From Candidatus Pelagibacter sp. HIMB1695 (GTDB taxonomy: Bacteria; Pseudomonadota; Alphaproteobacteria; Pelagibacterales; Pelagibacteraceae), in contig NZ_JBNAJT010000001.1 of the NCBI RefSeq assembly GCF_052047655.1, positions 156,075-188,074 of the forward strand: DNA of 32,000 nucleotides, in the 5' to 3' direction. Positions within the stretch are counted from its first letter, which is position 1. Each line of letters opens with the position of its first letter. A model generated the notes under the pieces. The model had not been told where the DNA came from, made no database searches, and saw nothing but the letters and a program-made list of their open reading frames with translations. Shown here piece by piece: positions 29,735-32,000 of the stretch. The position numbers were made by a program, and so were the translations under genes.

Positions 29735-30186
29735 TGATTACATTAAATACGAGACAGAAAATTAACAAACCTAAAATTAGAGTAGGAAGAGGTATTGGAT
29801 CAGGAAAAGGTAAGACATCGGGAAGAGGCGTTAAAGGTCAAAAATCTAGATCTGGTGTAGCAATAAAAAGTTTTGAAGGTGGTCAAATGCCTTTATACAG
29901 AAGATTACCTAAAAGAGGTTTTAATCCAATTTCAAGAGAAAACATTGCAATTTTAAACTTGGAAAAAATTCAGTCTTATATTGATAAAAAAAATATTAAT
30001 CCAAATGAAGTGCTTAATTCTTCATCTCTAAAAAAATTAAAATTAATAAACAAAAACTCTACAAAATTAAAAATATTAGGTACTGGAGAGTTAAAAGATA
30101 AAATTAATATTGAGGCTGACTTGGCATCAAAATCAGCAATAGAAAAACTAGAAAAAATTGGTGGATCTATTCAATTAAAAAAATAA
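29734..30186 (+). CDS. rplO: 50S ribosomal protein L15
   Basis: 150 aa, with RVGRGIGSGKGKTSGRGVKGQKSRSG and GGQMPLYRRLPKRGF blocks. Confidence 0.97.
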   Translation: MITLNTRQKINKPKIRVGRGIGSGKGKTSGRGVKGQKSRSGVAIKSFEGGQMPLYRRLPKRGFNPISRENIAILNLEKIQSYIDKKNINPNEVLNSSSLKKLKLINKNSTKLKILGTGELKDKINIEADLASKSAIEKLEKIGGSIQLKK

Positions 30187-30195
30187 TTTGTTTAA

Positions 30196-31476
30196 ATGAG
30201 CGCATCATCTTCAACAAATGATCTAAGAAATAGAATAATTTTTACCATAGCAATCCTTGCAGTATATAGATTTGGTACGTTTGTTCCTTTACCAGGAATT
30301 GACCCAGAACAATTAAAAATCATGATGGATGGTAATCAAAAAGGGTTACTTGGTATGTTTAATGTTTTTGCTGGAGGAGCAGTTAGTAGAATGGCAATTT
30401 TCGCTCTTGGTATAATGCCATACATATCATCTGCTATTATAGTTCAGTTGTTAACAGGGGTTTCAGATTATTTTAAGAATTTAAAAGCACAGGGAGAAAC
30501 AGGTAGAGCAAAGATTACTCAAATAACAAGATATGGAACAGTTTTACTTGCTACAGTTCAAGGTTATGGTTTATCAGTAGGTTTAGAATCTTCTGCAGAT
30601 TTGGTAATTAATCCAGGAGCTTTTTTTAAAATTACAACAGTTACAACTATTGTTGCTGGTACAATTTTTCTTATGTGGCTAGGTGAACAAATCACTCAAA
30701 GAGGAATTGGAAATGGGATTTCTCTAATTATTTTTGCTGGTATTGTTGCCGAAATACCTAGAGCTTTAGTTACAACTTTTGAATTAGGTAGAACAGGTGC
30801 TGTGTCAACATTCATGATTCTAGCAATTTTTGTTCTATTAATATTAACTATTTTATTTGTTGTTTTTATGGAGAGAGCGTTAAGAAAAATTCTTATCAAT
30901 TATCCTAAAAGACAAATGGGAAACAAAATGTATGGTGGAGAGTCTTCTCATTTGCCATTAAAAATTAATCAAGCAGGAGTAATACCAGCAATTTTTGCAT
31001 CTGCTTTATTATTGTTACCTGTTACTTTTTCTAATTTTTCTTTTTCAAATAATGAAACTTTTTTAAACTTAAGTTCTTATTTTACTCAAGGTCAACCTTT
31101 GTACATGTTGCTATATGCATCTGGTATAATATTTTTTACATTTTTCTATACTTCAATTACATTTAATCCAACTGAAACAGCAGAAAACTTAAGAAAATAT
31201 GGTGGCTTTGTTCCAGGAATTAGACCTGGTGAAAGTACAGCATTATATATTGAAAATATTTTAACTAAACTTACTACAATAGGTGCTTTATATTTGACAC
31301 TTGTATGTTTAATGCCAGAATTTTTAATAGCTAATTACCCAATTCCTTTTTATTTAGGTGGTGCATCTATTTTAATTGTTGTTGTTGTTGCCATTGATAC
31401 TGTAACTCAAATTCAAACAAGATTAATGAGCTCTCAATACGAACAATTAATTAAAAAAACTAAATTTGGAAAGTAA
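30196..31476 (+). CDS. secY: preprotein translocase subunit SecY
   Basis: 426 aa and multi-pass hydrophobic. SecY blocks include FALGIMPYISSAIIVQLL, LGEQITQRGIGNGISLIIFAGI and the tail IDTVTQIQTRL. Confidence 0.98.
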   Translation: MSASSSTNDLRNRIIFTIAILAVYRFGTFVPLPGIDPEQLKIMMDGNQKGLLGMFNVFAGGAVSRMAIFALGIMPYISSAIIVQLLTGVSDYFKNLKAQGETGRAKITQITRYGTVLLATVQGYGLSVGLESSADLVINPGAFFKITTVTTIVAGTIFLMWLGEQITQRGIGNGISLIIFAGIVAEIPRALVTTFELGRTGAVSTFMILAIFVLLILTILFVVFMERALRKILINYPKRQMGNKMYGGESSHLPLKINQAGVIPAIFASALLLLPVTFSNFSFSNNETFLNLSSYFTQGQPLYMLLYASGIIFFTFFYTSITFNPTETAENLRKYGGFVPGIRPGESTALYIENILTKLTTIGALYLTLVCLMPEFLIANYPIPFYLGGASILIVVVVAIDTVTQIQTRLMSSQYEQLIKKTKFGK

Positions 31477-32000
31477 GTGAATATAGTTTTGTTTGGACCG
31501 CCTGGTGCTGGTAAAGGTACTCAAGCTAAATATTTAGTAAAGAAACTAAATTCATTTCAGATCTCAACTGGCGAACTTTTAAGAGAAGAAATTTATAAAA
31601 ATTCAGATATTGGTAAGATGATTACCAATGACATGAAAAATGGTAAATTTGTAAGTGATGAAATTGTAAATAAGCTTATTGAAAATTTAATTTCTGACCC
31701 TCAAAAAAAAAATAGATTAATATTTGATGGATACCCTAGATCTTTGAGCCAAGCAAAAAATTTAAATATCTTACTCGAGGCATCAAATCAAAAGATAGAT
31801 TTAATTTTGTATCTTAAAGTTGATAAAGATACAGTGGTAAAAAGACTAGAAAAAAGAAAAATTATTGAAAATAGATCAGACGATGAAACAAATACTATTC
31901 TAAAACGTTTTGACACATACATGAACACAACAGAGCCAGTACTTAATTACTACTCAGAGAATCCTAAATTTAAGGAAATTGATGGCAGCTTAGAAATAGA
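31477..32000 (+). CDS. adk: adenylate kinase, short (lid-less) type, 3' end cut by window edge
   Basis: Absent from the ORF track because it has a GTG start and no stop within the window. My hand translation from the GTG at 31477, directly after the secY TAA, gives VNIVLFGPPGAGKGTQAKYL...ISTGELLREE...LIFDGYPRSLSQA...RSDDE. That covers the P-loop and the NMP- and LID-region signatures of adenylate kinase. The frame is open to nt 32000. Confidence 0.9.
   Translation, partial: MNIVLFGPPGAGKGTQAKYLVKKLNSFQISTGELLREEIYKNSDIGKMITNDMKNGKFVSDEIVNKLIENLISDPQKKNRLIFDGYPRSLSQAKNLNILLEASNQKIDLILYLKVDKDTVVKRLEKRKIIENRSDDETNTILKRFDTYMNTTEPVLNYYSENPKFKEIDGSLEI

Noticed and set aside
410-30899. Remaining short minus-strand track ORFs: 410..598, 8429..8731, 9271..9480, 15583..15780, 17499..17696, 21450..21638, 23126..23350, 24098..24400, 25129..25455, 26458..26646, 28302..28568 and 30696..30899
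   Set aside because: Each is fully nested antisense within a confidently identified conserved gene, is 62-108 aa long, and shows no recognisable family features. I treat them as shadow ORFs.
1-32000. CRISPR arrays, transposases or IS elements, prophage genes, toxin-antitoxin or other defence modules
   Set aside because: I looked for regularly spaced repeats, terminal inverted repeats, and recombinase- or nuclease-like translations in all track ORFs and spacers. None were found. The total non-coding sequence is under 1 kb.

Overview
The window looks like a very A+T-rich, highly streamlined alphaproteobacterial chromosome segment. Gene order (secY-adk), K/N/I-rich proteins and near-absence of spacers fit a Pelagibacterales/SAR11-like genome, but I cannot verify this without a database. 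About 26 of the 32 kb (5784..32000) is one uninterrupted plus-strand block of core genes: tRNA-Tyr, tRNA-Gly, tuf, tRNA-Trp, secE, nusG, rplKAJL, rpoBC, rpsL-rpsG-fusA, then rpsJ through rplO, secY and the start of adk. The str, S10 and spc operons are fused. Fourteen gene junctions are 1-nt TAATG stop/start overlaps. There is no tuf between fusA and rpsJ and no rpmD between rpsE and rplO. The classical autoregulatory leader spacers are missing. The left 5.7 kb holds the 3' part of nadK, an inverted tRNA-Thr, rlmB, and the only non-core content. That content is a three-gene tailoring-type cassette at 1031..4778: a SAM methyltransferase with a long uncharacterised tail, a PhyH-like dioxygenase and a NodU/CmcH carbamoyltransferase. 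I see no CRISPR array, integrase or transposase, phage genes, toxin-antitoxin pair or recognisable defence system. The cassette and a few non-coding oddities are the only candidates for something undescribed, and all are modest. The oddities are the 169-nt rpoC-rpsL spacer, a G/T-rich motif shared by two spacers, micro-ORFs and a 10-nt tandem repeat next to tRNA-Thr, and a perfect hairpin between rplL and rpoB. All calls rest on reading the translations and sequence by eye; no searches or folding calculations were run.
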